Source: Chryseobacterium gleum (lineage in GTDB: Bacteria; Bacteroidota; Bacteroidia; Flavobacteriales_F; PHOS-HE28). Taken from it: a stretch of DNA of 64,000 nt. Location: NCBI GenBank assembly GCA_945872795.1, contig CAMCAZ010000010.1:2135-66134 (forward strand), in the 5' to 3' direction. Positions 1 to 10,272 of the stretch are shown here, one piece after another. The translations under genes were made by a program, and so were the position numbers. Position 1 is the first letter of the stretch. Every line of letters begins with the position of its first letter. The notes under the pieces were generated by a model. That model had not been told where the DNA came from and did not search any database. It worked only from the letters and a program-made list of their open reading frames with translations.

Positions 1-231
1 GTACTGGGTCAGACCTGTTCAAGACGGTCTATTGGACCGCTCCCGACAGGAGCGCGCTTTGTACGTAGTGTAGGAGTTCCCGGATCGTGGCGGTGATCCA
101 CATTGGGTAACGACCTTCATGGGGGAGCACTCGTCCGAGGTGTGACCGTGTCGGATCTCGCGATCTCCGGTCCGCTGACCTCGATCCCCCGGCGGTCTGC
201 GGTGCTGACCGTGGTGTCCCCCTCCGGAATG

Positions 232-270
232 AAAGAACCCCGCTGTTCCGAAGAAGGCGGGGTTCCCGTG
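232..270 (-). terminator. GC-rich hairpin (GAACCCCGC...GCGGGGTTC) just downstream of gap on the minus strand; candidate intrinsic terminator
   Basis: Inverted repeat seen directly in sequence; followed on the minus strand by a short T/A-rich run. Confidence 0.35.
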
Positions 271-283
271 AAGCACAATAGGA

Positions 284-1741
284 TCAGTAGTAGATCAGGC
301 GACGCACCTTGGCGATATGCTTCGCAAGACGGATCACCTGTTTTGTATATCCGAATTCGTTGTCGTACCAAGCATAGAGAACCACCGTCTTCCCGTCGGG
401 AGCGACGATGGTGGCGTTGCTGTCGAACACACTGCAGCAGGTATCGCCGATGATGTCACTGCTCACCAGCTCGGGGTCCATCTGGTAGTGGATCTGGTTC
501 ACCAATTCACCGTTCAAGGCCGCATGACGGATCATGTCGTTCATGGCCGCCAGGTCGGTGATGGGCTTTTTCAGCGTCAGGTTCATGATGGCCAGTGAAC
601 CGTTCGGCGTGGGAACACGCACGGCGTTCGCGGTCAGCTTGTCTTTAAGGCTCGGGATGGCCTTCGCCACGGCAGTGCCGGCCCCGGTGCTGGTGATCAC
701 CATGTTGATGGCTGCACTACGACCACGACGTGGACCCTTGTGATAGTTGTCCAGCAGGTTCTGGTCGTTCGTATAAGCGTGCACCGTTTCGATGTGCCCT
801 TTCTCGATGCCCAGGTTGTCCTCCACCACCTTCAGGATGGGGCAGATGGCGTTCGTGGTGCAGCTCGCAGCACTGAAGATCTTCTCGTTCTCGATGTCCA
901 GGTCATTGTGATTGATCCCGTACACCACGTTCGGGATCTCCTTGCCCGGAGCGGTGAGCAGCACCTTGGCCACGCCCTTGGACTTCAGATGGCGCTCCAG
1001 ATCTGCACGTTTCGTGAATGCACCGGTATTGTCGATGACCAGGGCATTGTGGATGCCATAGGTGGTGTAATCGATATCCTCCGGGTTGCTGGCAGCGATG
1101 AGCTGGATGAGCTGACCGTTGACCCAGATGGCCTTGTTGGGGATATCCTCCACCACGGTGCCTTTGAAGGTCCCGTGCACACTGTCATTGCGGAGCAGCG
1201 CTGCACGTTTCACGATCTCGGCATCGGTGAGCGTACGCGTGACGATGGCCCGCAGCCTGAGCTGTTGCCCTTTGCCGGCCTGCTTGACGAGTTCACGTGC
1301 GGCGATGCGACCGATCCGGCCGAAGCCGTAGAGCACCACATCCTGCGGCTGGAAGGTGTGCTTGTCCTGGCCGATGAAACCGCTCAGGTGGTCCTTCAGG
1401 AAGGCGTGTACGGAGGTGCCGCCACTCAAGGAGTATTCATGGGTCAACCGTCCGATGTCGATCTTGCTGGGGGCCAGATCGAGCTCGAGCAGTCCACGAG
1501 CCACTTCGGCCGTGGTGAACACATCGATCGGTTTCTTCACCACCTGTTCGGCGTAGGAGAAGAGCTTGATGACCTCGGAGATGCTGATATCCAGCAGGTG
1601 GTTCCGGAATAGGACGAGTTCGACGCCCCTGCCATACATCAACTGCCCGACGGAATTGGTCAGGTCGACGGCCGCGCGCTCGCGGTCCACGTACTCCTTC
1701 AGGCCGGCCTCATAGCCGAGCTTGGGTTCTGCGGTCTGCAT
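284..1741 (-). CDS. gap: glyceraldehyde-3-phosphate dehydrogenase, long form (485 aa, ~140-aa N-terminal extension)
   Basis: NAD-binding GFGRIGR motif and catalytic ASCTTN signature in the translation. Confidence 0.9.
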   Translation of the reverse strand: MQTAEPKLGYEAGLKEYVDRERAAVDLTNSVGQLMYGRGVELVLFRNHLLDISISEVIKLFSYAEQVVKKPIDVFTTAEVARGLLELDLAPSKIDIGRLTHEYSLSGGTSVHAFLKDHLSGFIGQDKHTFQPQDVVLYGFGRIGRIAARELVKQAGKGQQLRLRAIVTRTLTDAEIVKRAALLRNDSVHGTFKGTVVEDIPNKAIWVNGQLIQLIAASNPEDIDYTTYGIHNALVIDNTGAFTKRADLERHLKSKGVAKVLLTAPGKEIPNVVYGINHNDLDIENEKIFSAASCTTNAICPILKVVEDNLGIEKGHIETVHAYTNDQNLLDNYHKGPRRGRSAAINMVITSTGAGTAVAKAIPSLKDKLTANAVRVPTPNGSLAIMNLTLKKPITDLAAMNDMIRHAALNGELVNQIHYQMDPELVSSDIIGDTCCSVFDSNATIVAPDGKTVVLYAWYDNEFGYTKQVIRLAKHIAKVRRLIYY

Positions 1742-1784
1742 ATTCGGAAAATGGTGGTTAGGATGCGGTTCTACGAGGAGCGGA

Positions 1785-2660
1785 TCAGCCGAGGTACGCC
1801 TTCAGCAGCTTGCTGCGGCTGGTGTGGCGCAGTCGACGGATGGCCTTCTCCTTGATCTGGCGAACGCGCTCACGGGTCAGGTCGAACTTGGCCCCGATCT
1901 CCTCCAAGGTTAGTCCGTGGTTGATGCCGATGCCGAAGAACAGCTTCACCACATCACGCTCACGCTCGGTGAGGGTGCTCAACGCGCGCTCGATCTCCTT
2001 GGCCAGGGACTCGTTGAGCAGCAGGCGGTCGGCGGGTGCACTGTCGTTGTTCGGCAGCACGTCCAGCAGGCTATTGCTTTCGCCTTCCACGAAGGGGGCG
2101 TCCATGCTGATGTGACGACCGCTCACCTTCATGGTATCAGCCACCTTCTCGGCGGGCAGGTCCAGCAGGGTGGCGAGTTCGTCCGCACTGGGCGGGCGCT
2201 CATACTCCTGTTCGAGCTTTGCGAAGGCCTTGTTGATCTTGTTCAGTGAACCCACTTGGTTCAGAGGAAGGCGCACGATCCGGCTCTGCTCAGCCAGGGC
2301 TTGGAGGATGCTTTGGCGGATCCACCAAACAGCGTAGCTGATGAACTTGAAACCGCGGGTCTCATCGAATCGCTGGGCGGCCTTGATCAGACCGAGGTTA
2401 CCCTCGTTGATCAGATCGGGCAGGCTCAGACCCTGGTTCTGGTACTGCTTGGCAACGGACACGACGAAGCGCAGGTTGGCCTTCACCAATTTCTCCAGCG
2501 CACGTCCGTCACCTTCCTTGATCTTGCGGGCAAGCTCCACTTCCTGGTCCGCGGTGATGAGGCCTTCCTTGCCGATCTCCTGTAGGTACTTGTCCAGCGA
2601 CTGGCTTTCCCGGTTGGTGATCGACTTGGTGATCTTGAGTTGGCGCATCCTTGAAGCCAC
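1785..2660 (-). CDS. rpoD: RNA polymerase primary sigma-70 factor, short Bacteroidetes form
   Basis: Regions 2-4 of sigma-70 ([13 protein letters not shown], 4.2 HTH region); ~290 aa as in Bacteroidetes SigA. Confidence 0.9.
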   Translation of the reverse strand: MASRMRQLKITKSITNRESQSLDKYLQEIGKEGLITADQEVELARKIKEGDGRALEKLVKANLRFVVSVAKQYQNQGLSLPDLINEGNLGLIKAAQRFDETRGFKFISYAVWWIRQSILQALAEQSRIVRLPLNQVGSLNKINKAFAKLEQEYERPPSADELATLLDLPAEKVADTMKVSGRHISMDAPFVEGESNSLLDVLPNNDSAPADRLLLNESLAKEIERALSTLTERERDVVKLFFGIGINHGLTLEEIGAKFDLTRERVRQIKEKAIRRLRHTSRSKLLKAYLG

Positions 2661-2813
2661 GGTGGTCAGGTTTTATGGTTGATAAAAAGGGAATCCCAGG
2701 AACCCCTTACGCTCCTCTACGGTCGGCAAAGGTACGCCCCCCCGGTTCTACGGGACAAGGGCAAAACGACGGAAGATGGAGGCCTTTTCGCAAGGTCTTC
2801 TGGATCAGTGTTT

Positions 2814-4262
2814 TCAGAGCCCCAGGCCATAGTAGGCACGCACTCCATTGGGATAGATGCCTTCGATCAGCACACCGCCCCGCTTGGCTGCCAGGATGCG
2901 TTCAAGATCGTCCACGGTTCGGATCTGCTCCTGGTCGATGCGGGTGATGATGAAGCCCTCCTTGATCCCGCTGCTGCGCAGTTTGCCGCCGTCCAGGGAC
3001 AACACCTTCACACCATGGTCCAGTTTCAGGGCCTTCAATTCCTCGGGAGATGCTGCGCGCAGGTCTGCGCCCAAGGACGAACGACTGTTGACAGGGCTCT
3101 TTACCGCCACAGTCGTGGTCCCCTCCTTGCCGAGCAGGGTCATGTTCACCACCTGTTCCTTCCCTGTTCGCACATAGGTGACCGGTACGCTCTCGCCGGG
3201 GCGGAAGCGGCCCACCTGCTCCTGGAGCTGGGGCACATTGTCCACGTTCATGGTGCCGACCTTCACGATGACATCGCCTGCGCGCAGTCCGGCCTTCTCG
3301 GCGGCACCGCCCTCGGTGATCCCATTGATATATACCCCGCCGATCCGTCCCAGATCGGCCTCATCGGCGAGTTTCTGGTCCACATCGCGGATGCTGACAC
3401 CCAGATAAGCACGCTGCACACTGCCGAATTCCAGCAGGTCATCCGCCACCTTTTTCACGATGTTCACCGGCACGGCGAAGGAATATCCTGCGTACTGCCC
3501 GGTGGTGCTGGCGATGGCGGTGTTGATGCCGATGAGCTCTCCGGCGGAATTCACCAGCGCTCCGCCACTATTCCCCGGGTTCACGGCCGCATCAGTCTGG
3601 ATGAAGGATTCGATGGGGAAGATATCCCGGCTTGGGTCGTACTGGAGCAGGTTGATGTTGCGGGCCTTTGCACTGACGATGCCGGCGGTCACGGTGCTGG
3701 TGAGGTTCATGGGGTTACCCACGGCGAGCACCCATTCGCCCACGCGCACACCATCGGAATCACCATATCCCAGTACATCCAGATCATCGGCCTCCACTTT
3801 CAGCAGGGCGATGTCGGTGCTGGGGTCGCGCCCGATCACCTCGGCGTCGAACACCCGCCGGTCGTTCAGGTGGACCTTGATCTTGTCGGCGCCCTCGATC
3901 ACATGGTTGTTGGTGACGATGTATCCATCGCGGGACACGATCACCCCGGAACCGGCGCCTTGCCGCTGCTGTTGGGCCGGAGGTCGGTAGCCCCAGAAGA
4001 ACTCCGCAAAGGGATCACGGACGTTCACCGTGGTCTCCGTGGTCACGTGGACCACGGCGTTCACCGTGCGTTCAGCGGCGGCCGTGAAGTCCACCGCCAG
4101 ATCGGGGCCGTTGGGCCCGGGAAGGCTCACATAGCGCACCGGAGCGGCGGAAGGTGTGGAGGTGTCGGCTGCGTAAGGCGAAGTTGGAACGATCCGGCCG
4201 ATGGCCACGGCGAGCAGACCACCGGCCAGTGCAGTGAAGAAATATGCGAAGGTGCGTTTCAT
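2814..4262 (-). CDS. htrA: HtrA/DegP-family periplasmic serine endoprotease with PDZ domains
   Basis: GNSGGAL catalytic serine motif, signal peptide, two PDZ-like C-terminal segments; start placed at MKRTF.. with signal peptide. Confidence 0.88.
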   Translation of the reverse strand: MKRTFAYFFTALAGGLLAVAIGRIVPTSPYAADTSTPSAAPVRYVSLPGPNGPDLAVDFTAAAERTVNAVVHVTTETTVNVRDPFAEFFWGYRPPAQQQRQGAGSGVIVSRDGYIVTNNHVIEGADKIKVHLNDRRVFDAEVIGRDPSTDIALLKVEADDLDVLGYGDSDGVRVGEWVLAVGNPMNLTSTVTAGIVSAKARNINLLQYDPSRDIFPIESFIQTDAAVNPGNSGGALVNSAGELIGINTAIASTTGQYAGYSFAVPVNIVKKVADDLLEFGSVQRAYLGVSIRDVDQKLADEADLGRIGGVYINGITEGGAAEKAGLRAGDVIVKVGTMNVDNVPQLQEQVGRFRPGESVPVTYVRTGKEQVVNMTLLGKEGTTTVAVKSPVNSRSSLGADLRAASPEELKALKLDHGVKVLSLDGGKLRSSGIKEGFIITRIDQEQIRTVDDLERILAAKRGGVLIEGIYPNGVRAYYGLGL

Positions 4263-4420
4263 GGTCATTGATCTAACGGGAACACCAATGATCAAACGGT
4301 GTGCCCCGGTGCTTTCCAGAACGTTCTGTCAGGCCTGAAGTATCCCGGTGTCACGTTAAAAAGTGTTGATCGGACCGAAGGGCGGTCCCGTCGCGCGACA
4401 TGCGATATTTGTTCCCGCAG

Positions 4421-5215
4421 ATGGACATCCGATTCAGCAAGTGGGAGGGTACGGGGAACGACTTCATTCTTTTGGATGATCGGCAGGGAAGGCATGGTGC
4501 AATGGCCGACACCTGGGTGCGGCGCATGTGCGACCGCCATTTCGGCATCGGGTCGGACGGTCTGATCCTGATCCAGGCGCCCAGGGAACCCGGCACCCGT
4601 TACCACATGGAATTCCTCAACCCCGATGGCTCGCGCAGTTTCTGCGGCAACGGCAGCCGCTGTGCCTTTGCGTTCTGGCGGTCGCTGGAGAACGGTGCAC
4701 TGGCCCCGGGTGAGGAGGTGGGGTTCACCGCCATCGATGGATCGCATCGCGCTCGTCTGCTGGCCGATGGACAGATCGGGATCGCCATGCGCCCTCCCCG
4801 CGAGCAGGAGCAACTGGCACCTGAGATGGACCACCTGCACACCGGTTCGCCCCATGTCGTGGTCTGGGTGGAGGATCCGGAAAAGGTCGACCTGTTGAGG
4901 GTCGCCCATGGCATCCGGTACAACAGCCGCTTCAAGCAGGCCGGCGTGAACGTGAACCTCGCAGCATGGATCGATGGGGCCGTTCACATGCGCACCTATG
5001 AACGGGGAGTGGAGGATGAGACCTTGAGCTGCGGAACCGGTGTGACCGCAGCAGCGTGGAGCGCCCGGGAGCGTGGGTTGGCCACGGGGGATGTGATCTC
5101 CGTCCGGACGCGCGGTGGAGCCCTGCGGGTGGACCTTGGCGATGCAGCGCGCAGTGGCGAAGCCCTGCTCTGCGGCCCCGTGCGCGAGGTCTTCACCGGT
5201 ACCTATCTGTTCTGA
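4421..5215 (+). CDS. dapF: diaminopimelate epimerase
   Basis: FSKWEGTGNDFILLD N-terminal motif and two catalytic Cys regions. Confidence 0.85.
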   Translation: MDIRFSKWEGTGNDFILLDDRQGRHGAMADTWVRRMCDRHFGIGSDGLILIQAPREPGTRYHMEFLNPDGSRSFCGNGSRCAFAFWRSLENGALAPGEEVGFTAIDGSHRARLLADGQIGIAMRPPREQEQLAPEMDHLHTGSPHVVVWVEDPEKVDLLRVAHGIRYNSRFKQAGVNVNLAAWIDGAVHMRTYERGVEDETLSCGTGVTAAAWSARERGLATGDVISVRTRGGALRVDLGDAARSGEALLCGPVREVFTGTYLF

Positions 5216-5218
5216 TCG

Positions 5219-6253
5219 ATGCGTAAGGGGCTTCGCATATTTCTGTTCGTTCTGGCCCTTCTGGCGGTCGCGGCCGGTCTGTGGGGTTGGCAGATGTGGC
5301 AGCGCGTGTTCGCCCCGGCGACGGCTGTGGATACGGTGCACTACCTGCACATTCCCACCGGTGCCGATTTCGACCAGGTGATGGACAGCCTGGAGGTCAA
5401 CCGCCTTGTGAAGGACCCCGACGCTTTCCGGTGGACGGCCGAACGGAAGAATTATCCGAACAAGGTCCGACCGGGGCGCTATCGGATTGAACCCGGGCTT
5501 AGTACCAATACTTTGGTGGACCGGCTGCGCAGCGGAGAGCAGGAACCCGTAAGGCTCACGCTGACGAACATCAACTGGATGCATGAGCTGGCGGGCAGGG
5601 TCGCTCAACGGTTGGAGTGCGATTCCATTGAACTTCTGGAACGATTGCGGAGCGAAGAGGTGGCCTCCCGTTACGGGTTCACGCGTGCCACCTTCATCGG
5701 CATGTTCGTGCCCGATACCTATGAGTTCTGGTGGAACACCGATCCGGAGGCTTTCCTGGACCGGATGGCAAAGGAGTACCGGCGCTACTGGACCCCTGAA
5801 CGGCAGGCCAAGGCCAAGGCCCTGGGCCTTACCCAGAGCGAGGTGAGCACGCTGGCCAGCATTGTCCAGGCGGAGACCGGTGTGGCCAGCGATGCACCCT
5901 TGATCGCTGGTGTGTACCTCAACCGCTTGCGCATCGGCATGCCGCTGCAGGCCGACCCCACGCTGAAATACGCCCTCGGGATGGACAGCATCAGCCGCGT
6001 CCTGGACCGGGACAAGTTGGTGGATTCACCTTACAACACCTACCAGCACAAGGGACTTCCTCCGGGGCCCATCAACCTGCCCGAGGCCCGGTTCATCAGC
6101 GCCGTTCTCGATGCCGGGAAACACGACTATTTGTACTTCTGTGCACGATCCGACCTTAGCGGGCATTCCGATTTTTCACGGACCTACGAACAGCATCTGG
6201 TCTATGCTCGGAAGTACCAGAGGGCATTGGACCAACGTCAGATCTACCGCTGA
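5219..6253 (+). CDS. mltG: endolytic murein transglycosylase MltG/YceG
   Basis: N-terminal TM helix and YceG-like domain (YLYFCA motif near the C-terminus). Confidence 0.8.
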   Translation: MRKGLRIFLFVLALLAVAAGLWGWQMWQRVFAPATAVDTVHYLHIPTGADFDQVMDSLEVNRLVKDPDAFRWTAERKNYPNKVRPGRYRIEPGLSTNTLVDRLRSGEQEPVRLTLTNINWMHELAGRVAQRLECDSIELLERLRSEEVASRYGFTRATFIGMFVPDTYEFWWNTDPEAFLDRMAKEYRRYWTPERQAKAKALGLTQSEVSTLASIVQAETGVASDAPLIAGVYLNRLRIGMPLQADPTLKYALGMDSISRVLDRDKLVDSPYNTYQHKGLPPGPINLPEARFISAVLDAGKHDYLYFCARSDLSGHSDFSRTYEQHLVYARKYQRALDQRQIYR

Positions 6254-6320
6254 GCAACAACATCCGCAGTTCCACATAACAAGGGCCTTCTAATTTCGCC
6301 CCCTTCAACGATTTTCTCTC

Positions 6321-7727
6321 ATGACCAAGATCAAGTTCGGTACTGACGGCTGGCGTGCCATCATCGCTGCGGATTTCACTGTGGATAATGTGGCGCGCGT
6401 GAGCGTAGCCGTCGCGGCCTGGGTGAAGCGGAATTATCCCACGGACCCCAACATCGTGTTGGGCCATGATTGCCGCTTCGCCGGTGAGCTCTTCGCCGAG
6501 ACGGCCGCCAAGGTCTTCGTTAACGCAGGGGTCAAGGTGCACCTTGCCAAGGGTTTTGTGAGCACGCCGATGATCTCGCTCGGTGCCTACAATTTGAAGA
6601 GCGCCATGGGCGTGGTGCTCACTGCGAGCCACAATCCGCCCAGCTACAACGGGTACAAGCTGAAGGGCATCCACGGTGGCCCGCTGGTGCCTAGCAAGGT
6701 GCAGGAGGTGGAGGACATGATCCCCGAACAGCACGGTCTGGACCTGGTCTCCATCGACCTTGCCAAGGCAGAGGCGGAGGGGCTGCTGAGCTACATTGAT
6801 CTGGAGAGCATCTATGTGAAGCATGTGGAGGCGAACTTCGACCTGAAGGCCATTCGTTCCAGCGGCATGCGCCTGGGCTACGATGCCATGTACGGTGCCG
6901 GCCAGAGCGTGGTGCGCCGCATCCTTCCCGAGGCCACCCTGCTGCATTGCGAGTACAATCCCTCGTTCCATGGTCAGGCCCCCGAGCCGATCCATAAGAA
7001 CCTGATCGAGTTCAGTGAGCTGATCAAGAACTCGAACATCGATTGTGGGCTGGCCACCGATGGGGATGCCGATCGGATCGGCCTTTACAACGGGAAGGGC
7101 GATTTCATTGATTCGCACCACATCATCCTGCTGCTGATCCACTACCTGGTGAAGTACAAGAAGTTCACGGGCAAGGTGGTGGTGGCCTTCAGTGCCACGC
7201 CCAAGGTGAAGAAGATGTGTGCGCACTATGGCCTCGAGTACCAGGTGACCAAGATCGGTTTCAAGTACATCGCCGAGATCATGATCAGTGAGGACGTTCT
7301 GTTGGGCGGGGAGGAGAGCGGTGGCATCGCCATCAAGGGCCACATCCCGGAGCGCGATGGTATCTGGATGGGCCTTACCATCTGGGAGTTCATGGCCAAG
7401 AGCGGCAAGAGCCTGGATGACCTGATCGAGGAGGTGTACGCCATCGTGGGACCCTTCAAGTACGAGCGGAACGATCTGCACATCAGTGAGGCGCTGAAGC
7501 AGGAGGTGCTGGCACGCTGCCAGGCCGGCACGTTCACTGCTTTCGGTGATCTTGTGGTGCGTCAGGTGGAGACCATCGACGGCTTCAAGTTCCACTTCGA
7601 CAACGACCAGTGGTTGATGATCCGCGCGAGCGGAACGGAGCCTGTGCTGCGCTGCTATGCGGAGTCGGATACCTTGGAGAACGCGAGGGCGATCCTGGCG
7701 GCCTGCCAGGACAGCATAGGCGCCTAG
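6321..7727 (+). CDS. phosphoglucomutase/phosphomannomutase family phospho-sugar mutase
   Basis: Active-site TASHNPPSYNGYK phosphoserine loop; DGDADR metal-binding loop; GEESGG sugar-binding loop. Confidence 0.85.
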   Translation: MTKIKFGTDGWRAIIAADFTVDNVARVSVAVAAWVKRNYPTDPNIVLGHDCRFAGELFAETAAKVFVNAGVKVHLAKGFVSTPMISLGAYNLKSAMGVVLTASHNPPSYNGYKLKGIHGGPLVPSKVQEVEDMIPEQHGLDLVSIDLAKAEAEGLLSYIDLESIYVKHVEANFDLKAIRSSGMRLGYDAMYGAGQSVVRRILPEATLLHCEYNPSFHGQAPEPIHKNLIEFSELIKNSNIDCGLATDGDADRIGLYNGKGDFIDSHHIILLLIHYLVKYKKFTGKVVVAFSATPKVKKMCAHYGLEYQVTKIGFKYIAEIMISEDVLLGGEESGGIAIKGHIPERDGIWMGLTIWEFMAKSGKSLDDLIEEVYAIVGPFKYERNDLHISEALKQEVLARCQAGTFTAFGDLVVRQVETIDGFKFHFDNDQWLMIRASGTEPVLRCYAESDTLENARAILAACQDSIGA

Positions 7728-7962
7728 GCCTGTTCAAGATCTTCTGGTGGTGATGGGTGCTTTGCGGCATGCCAACACAGCCTGGCACGCGCAAGTCCTG
7801 CCAGAGCGACATCAGCCGAGAGGAATTCGAGGTGATCCGTGTGGGCCGTGAGGGACATAAGAAGCGGACATGCCCGCGCCGATCGTGGACCTGGTGGCGT
7901 GATACACTCTTACCGTGGCCTCAAGGCCGGGGCTTCACCGGGAGGCGGATATCTTTGTAAGG

Positions 7963-8889
7963 ATGCCGGCGCATGGAACGGATGGGGTGGTGGTTTACCG
8001 CGAGCTGACGCTACGACTTCTGGCCTTGCTGGTTTCGCTGTTACTGGCTGCGTTGTACGCAGCCGCCCAACCCTTGGATACGCTGGGGGCGGAGCGCTCA
8101 GGTCGCTGTGTGCGCCGCACAGTGATGGGGCTGGGGGCGGGTATGGCCGGGACGTACGTGCTTCTCGACCGGGCCTGGTATGCGGACTATGAGCGTTCGC
8201 CCATGCACGCCTTCAACGATGGCGATGAGTGGATGCAGATGGATAAGGCCGGTCATGTCTTCAGTGCTTACACGCTGGGCAGCTGGGGGCATGCCATGCT
8301 CTCCCGGTGTGGAACGGACCAACGCCTCGCGGTATGGGCAGGTGGCAGCCTGGGGCTGGTCTTCCTCACCGGTGTGGAACTGTTGGACGGCACCTCTGCG
8401 GCTTGGGGATTTTCCTGGTGGGACATGGCGGCGAACGTGGGGGGGGCTGGCCTGTTCATGGGGCAGCAGGCCTGGTGGAAAGAGCAGCGGCTTCAGATGA
8501 AGCTATCGGCCCACCTGACCACTTATGCCGAGCAGCGCCCCGACCTGCTGGGGGAGAGCATCCCGGAGCGCCTGCTCAAGGACTACAATGGCCAGACCAT
8601 CTGGTTGAGCGGGAACATCCGGTCGTTCGCGCCCAAGAGCGGCATCCCCAAGTGGTTGAACCTTGCCGTAGGCATGGGGGCTGAAAGCATGACCACCGCT
8701 TCGCCTGAACCCGGTGACGGCCGCTATCGCCAGATCTACGTGAGCCCCGACATCGACCTCACCCGCATCCCGACGCGCTCACCATTGGTGCGAACGCTGT
8801 TGTTCGTCCTCAATGGCATAAAATTCCCGGCCCCGGCCGTGGAATTCAGGAGCACCGGGCAGGTGGTTGGACACTGGGTCTATTTCTGA
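7963..8889 (+). CDS. DUF2279-like secreted/lipoprotein, function unknown
   Basis: Signal peptide; conserved YADYERSPMHAFNDGDEWMQMDKAGH block typical of DUF2279. Confidence 0.5.
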   Translation: MPAHGTDGVVVYRELTLRLLALLVSLLLAALYAAAQPLDTLGAERSGRCVRRTVMGLGAGMAGTYVLLDRAWYADYERSPMHAFNDGDEWMQMDKAGHVFSAYTLGSWGHAMLSRCGTDQRLAVWAGGSLGLVFLTGVELLDGTSAAWGFSWWDMAANVGGAGLFMGQQAWWKEQRLQMKLSAHLTTYAEQRPDLLGESIPERLLKDYNGQTIWLSGNIRSFAPKSGIPKWLNLAVGMGAESMTTASPEPGDGRYRQIYVSPDIDLTRIPTRSPLVRTLLFVLNGIKFPAPAVEFRSTGQVVGHWVYF

Positions 8890-9452
8890 GCCCGCAGCAG
8901 ACCGTCGTCCAGCAAGCGCTGGACCTTCAGCACGGCGGCCACGGTGAGGCTGTCGCGCAGATCGCCGCTCATCACCCGGTCGAACAGTTCACGGAACGGC
9001 ACCTTGCGCATGGCGAGCTCCTCATTGTGGTCCGGCTCTGGTTCGTGGAAGCTCAGGTCCTGCGCCACGAAGATCACCGCTTCCTCATCACTGGCCGAGT
9101 TGCTGAGGTCCATGCGCAGCACCTCGGTCCAGGTGCCTGCCATGATGCCGACCTCCTCCCGGAGTTCCCGTTTCGCGCTTTCCACGGGGGGGAGGTCGCG
9201 ACTGCCACCGCCTTCGGGGATCTCCCAGCTGTAGGCTTGTATGGGATACCTGTACTGCCCCACGATCCAAGTGTTCAGGTCCTCATCCAACGGAATGACC
9301 CCCACCGCCAGGTTCTTGAAGTGGATGACGCCGTAAATGCCCGGGGCACCGGAGGGGTCGATCACTTCGTGATGGCTCACGGCGATCCATGGCGTGGCGT
9401 AGCGTTCCTCGATGCTCACGGTCTTCCATGGTCCACGTTCCTCCATTGCCAT
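8880..9452 (-). CDS. NUDIX hydrolase (ADP-ribose pyrophosphatase-like)
   Basis: NUDIX box GGGSRDLPPVESAKRELREEVGI; start chosen at MAMEERG... (upstream ORF extension lacks homology). Confidence 0.8.
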   Translation of the reverse strand: MAMEERGPWKTVSIEERYATPWIAVSHHEVIDPSGAPGIYGVIHFKNLAVGVIPLDEDLNTWIVGQYRYPIQAYSWEIPEGGGSRDLPPVESAKRELREEVGIMAGTWTEVLRMDLSNSASDEEAVIFVAQDLSFHEPEPDHNEELAMRKVPFRELFDRVMSGDLRDSLTVAAVLKVQRLLDDGLLRAQK

Positions 9453-9475
9453 TCGTTCGGTGCTTACTGATGTGT

Positions 9476-10240
9476 TCAACGGGTCTCCTTGGGCAGTCTG
9501 AACTGGATGCTCACCTGCATGGTGCTGCGCACGCGCTGACCGTCCAGCACGGCCGGCGCCCAAGGTGTGCGATAGAGCAATCGCATGGCCTCATCGGTGC
9601 AGCCGCCTCCCACGTCCTGCAGGGCGCGCATGTTCGACAGGTTCCCGGAGGTCTCCACCACGAACTCCACCACCACCTCACCCTCCAGGCTGTACCGGTA
9701 GGCTTCGGGCGGGTACTTCAATTCACTGGCCAGGTGGTTGGGCAAGGCCTTGATCCCCCCTTTGATGATCGGCCTGGCCTGCTCTGTCACTTGGCGAGCG
9801 GTGCGGATCGTGAGCGCCGTATCGGCGGGCAGATCGAACACCGGGTCCACGTGCTCCATTCGGTTCTTGAGCCAGCGCTTGTACTTCTTGGGGTCGAAGG
9901 ATATGCGGAAGTGGCGTTCTTCGGCCCGTTTCTCCTCCACGGCGGGTGCCAGTCCCCAGCGGATCAAAGCGCCAAGCCGCAAGGCCTCGGCATCGCACTC
10001 CGGGCTCACGGAGCGCAGCACGCGGATGGTCTTCACAGCACCATCAGGTCCGATCATCAAGGCCAGCGTCACCTCACCGGCGACTCCCGCCTCCAAAGCG
10101 GCGGGCGGGTAACGGAGTTCCTGCTCAAAGAACAGATCGGCGGCGCGCTGGCCTCCGTAGGGCACCCAGGTCTCGAAGCCCTGGGCCTGCAATTGCATTA
10201 GGGTGGCCAGGTAAAGCAGAAGGGAAGTGAATGTTCTCAT
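9476..10240 (-). CDS. TonB C-terminal domain protein (tandem TonB_C-like domains), secreted
   Basis: Signal peptide MRTFTSLLLYLATLMQLQAQ; two TonB_C-like repeats (…RVLRSVSPECDAEALR… and …QDVGGGCTDEAMRLL…). Confidence 0.55.
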   Translation of the reverse strand: MRTFTSLLLYLATLMQLQAQGFETWVPYGGQRAADLFFEQELRYPPAALEAGVAGEVTLALMIGPDGAVKTIRVLRSVSPECDAEALRLGALIRWGLAPAVEEKRAEERHFRISFDPKKYKRWLKNRMEHVDPVFDLPADTALTIRTARQVTEQARPIIKGGIKALPNHLASELKYPPEAYRYSLEGEVVVEFVVETSGNLSNMRALQDVGGGCTDEAMRLLYRTPWAPAVLDGQRVRSTMQVSIQFRLPKETR

Positions 10241-10272
10241 GATCGCGGGTTGCGGCCGTGTAAATTTGCACC

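Noticed and set aside
6156-7595. 479-aa ORF antisense to the phospho-sugar mutase gene. Similar long antisense ORFs: 740-1612, 13242-14420, 15537-16970, 18158-20464, 21898-23620, 25769-28069, 28575-29531, 37482-38669, 39189-40760, 62079-63251
   Set aside because: High-GC sequence yields long stop-free antisense frames. None shows a recognisable protein motif, all lie fully inside well-supported genes on the other strand, and their translations are Arg/Ala/Gly/His-rich low-complexity sequence.
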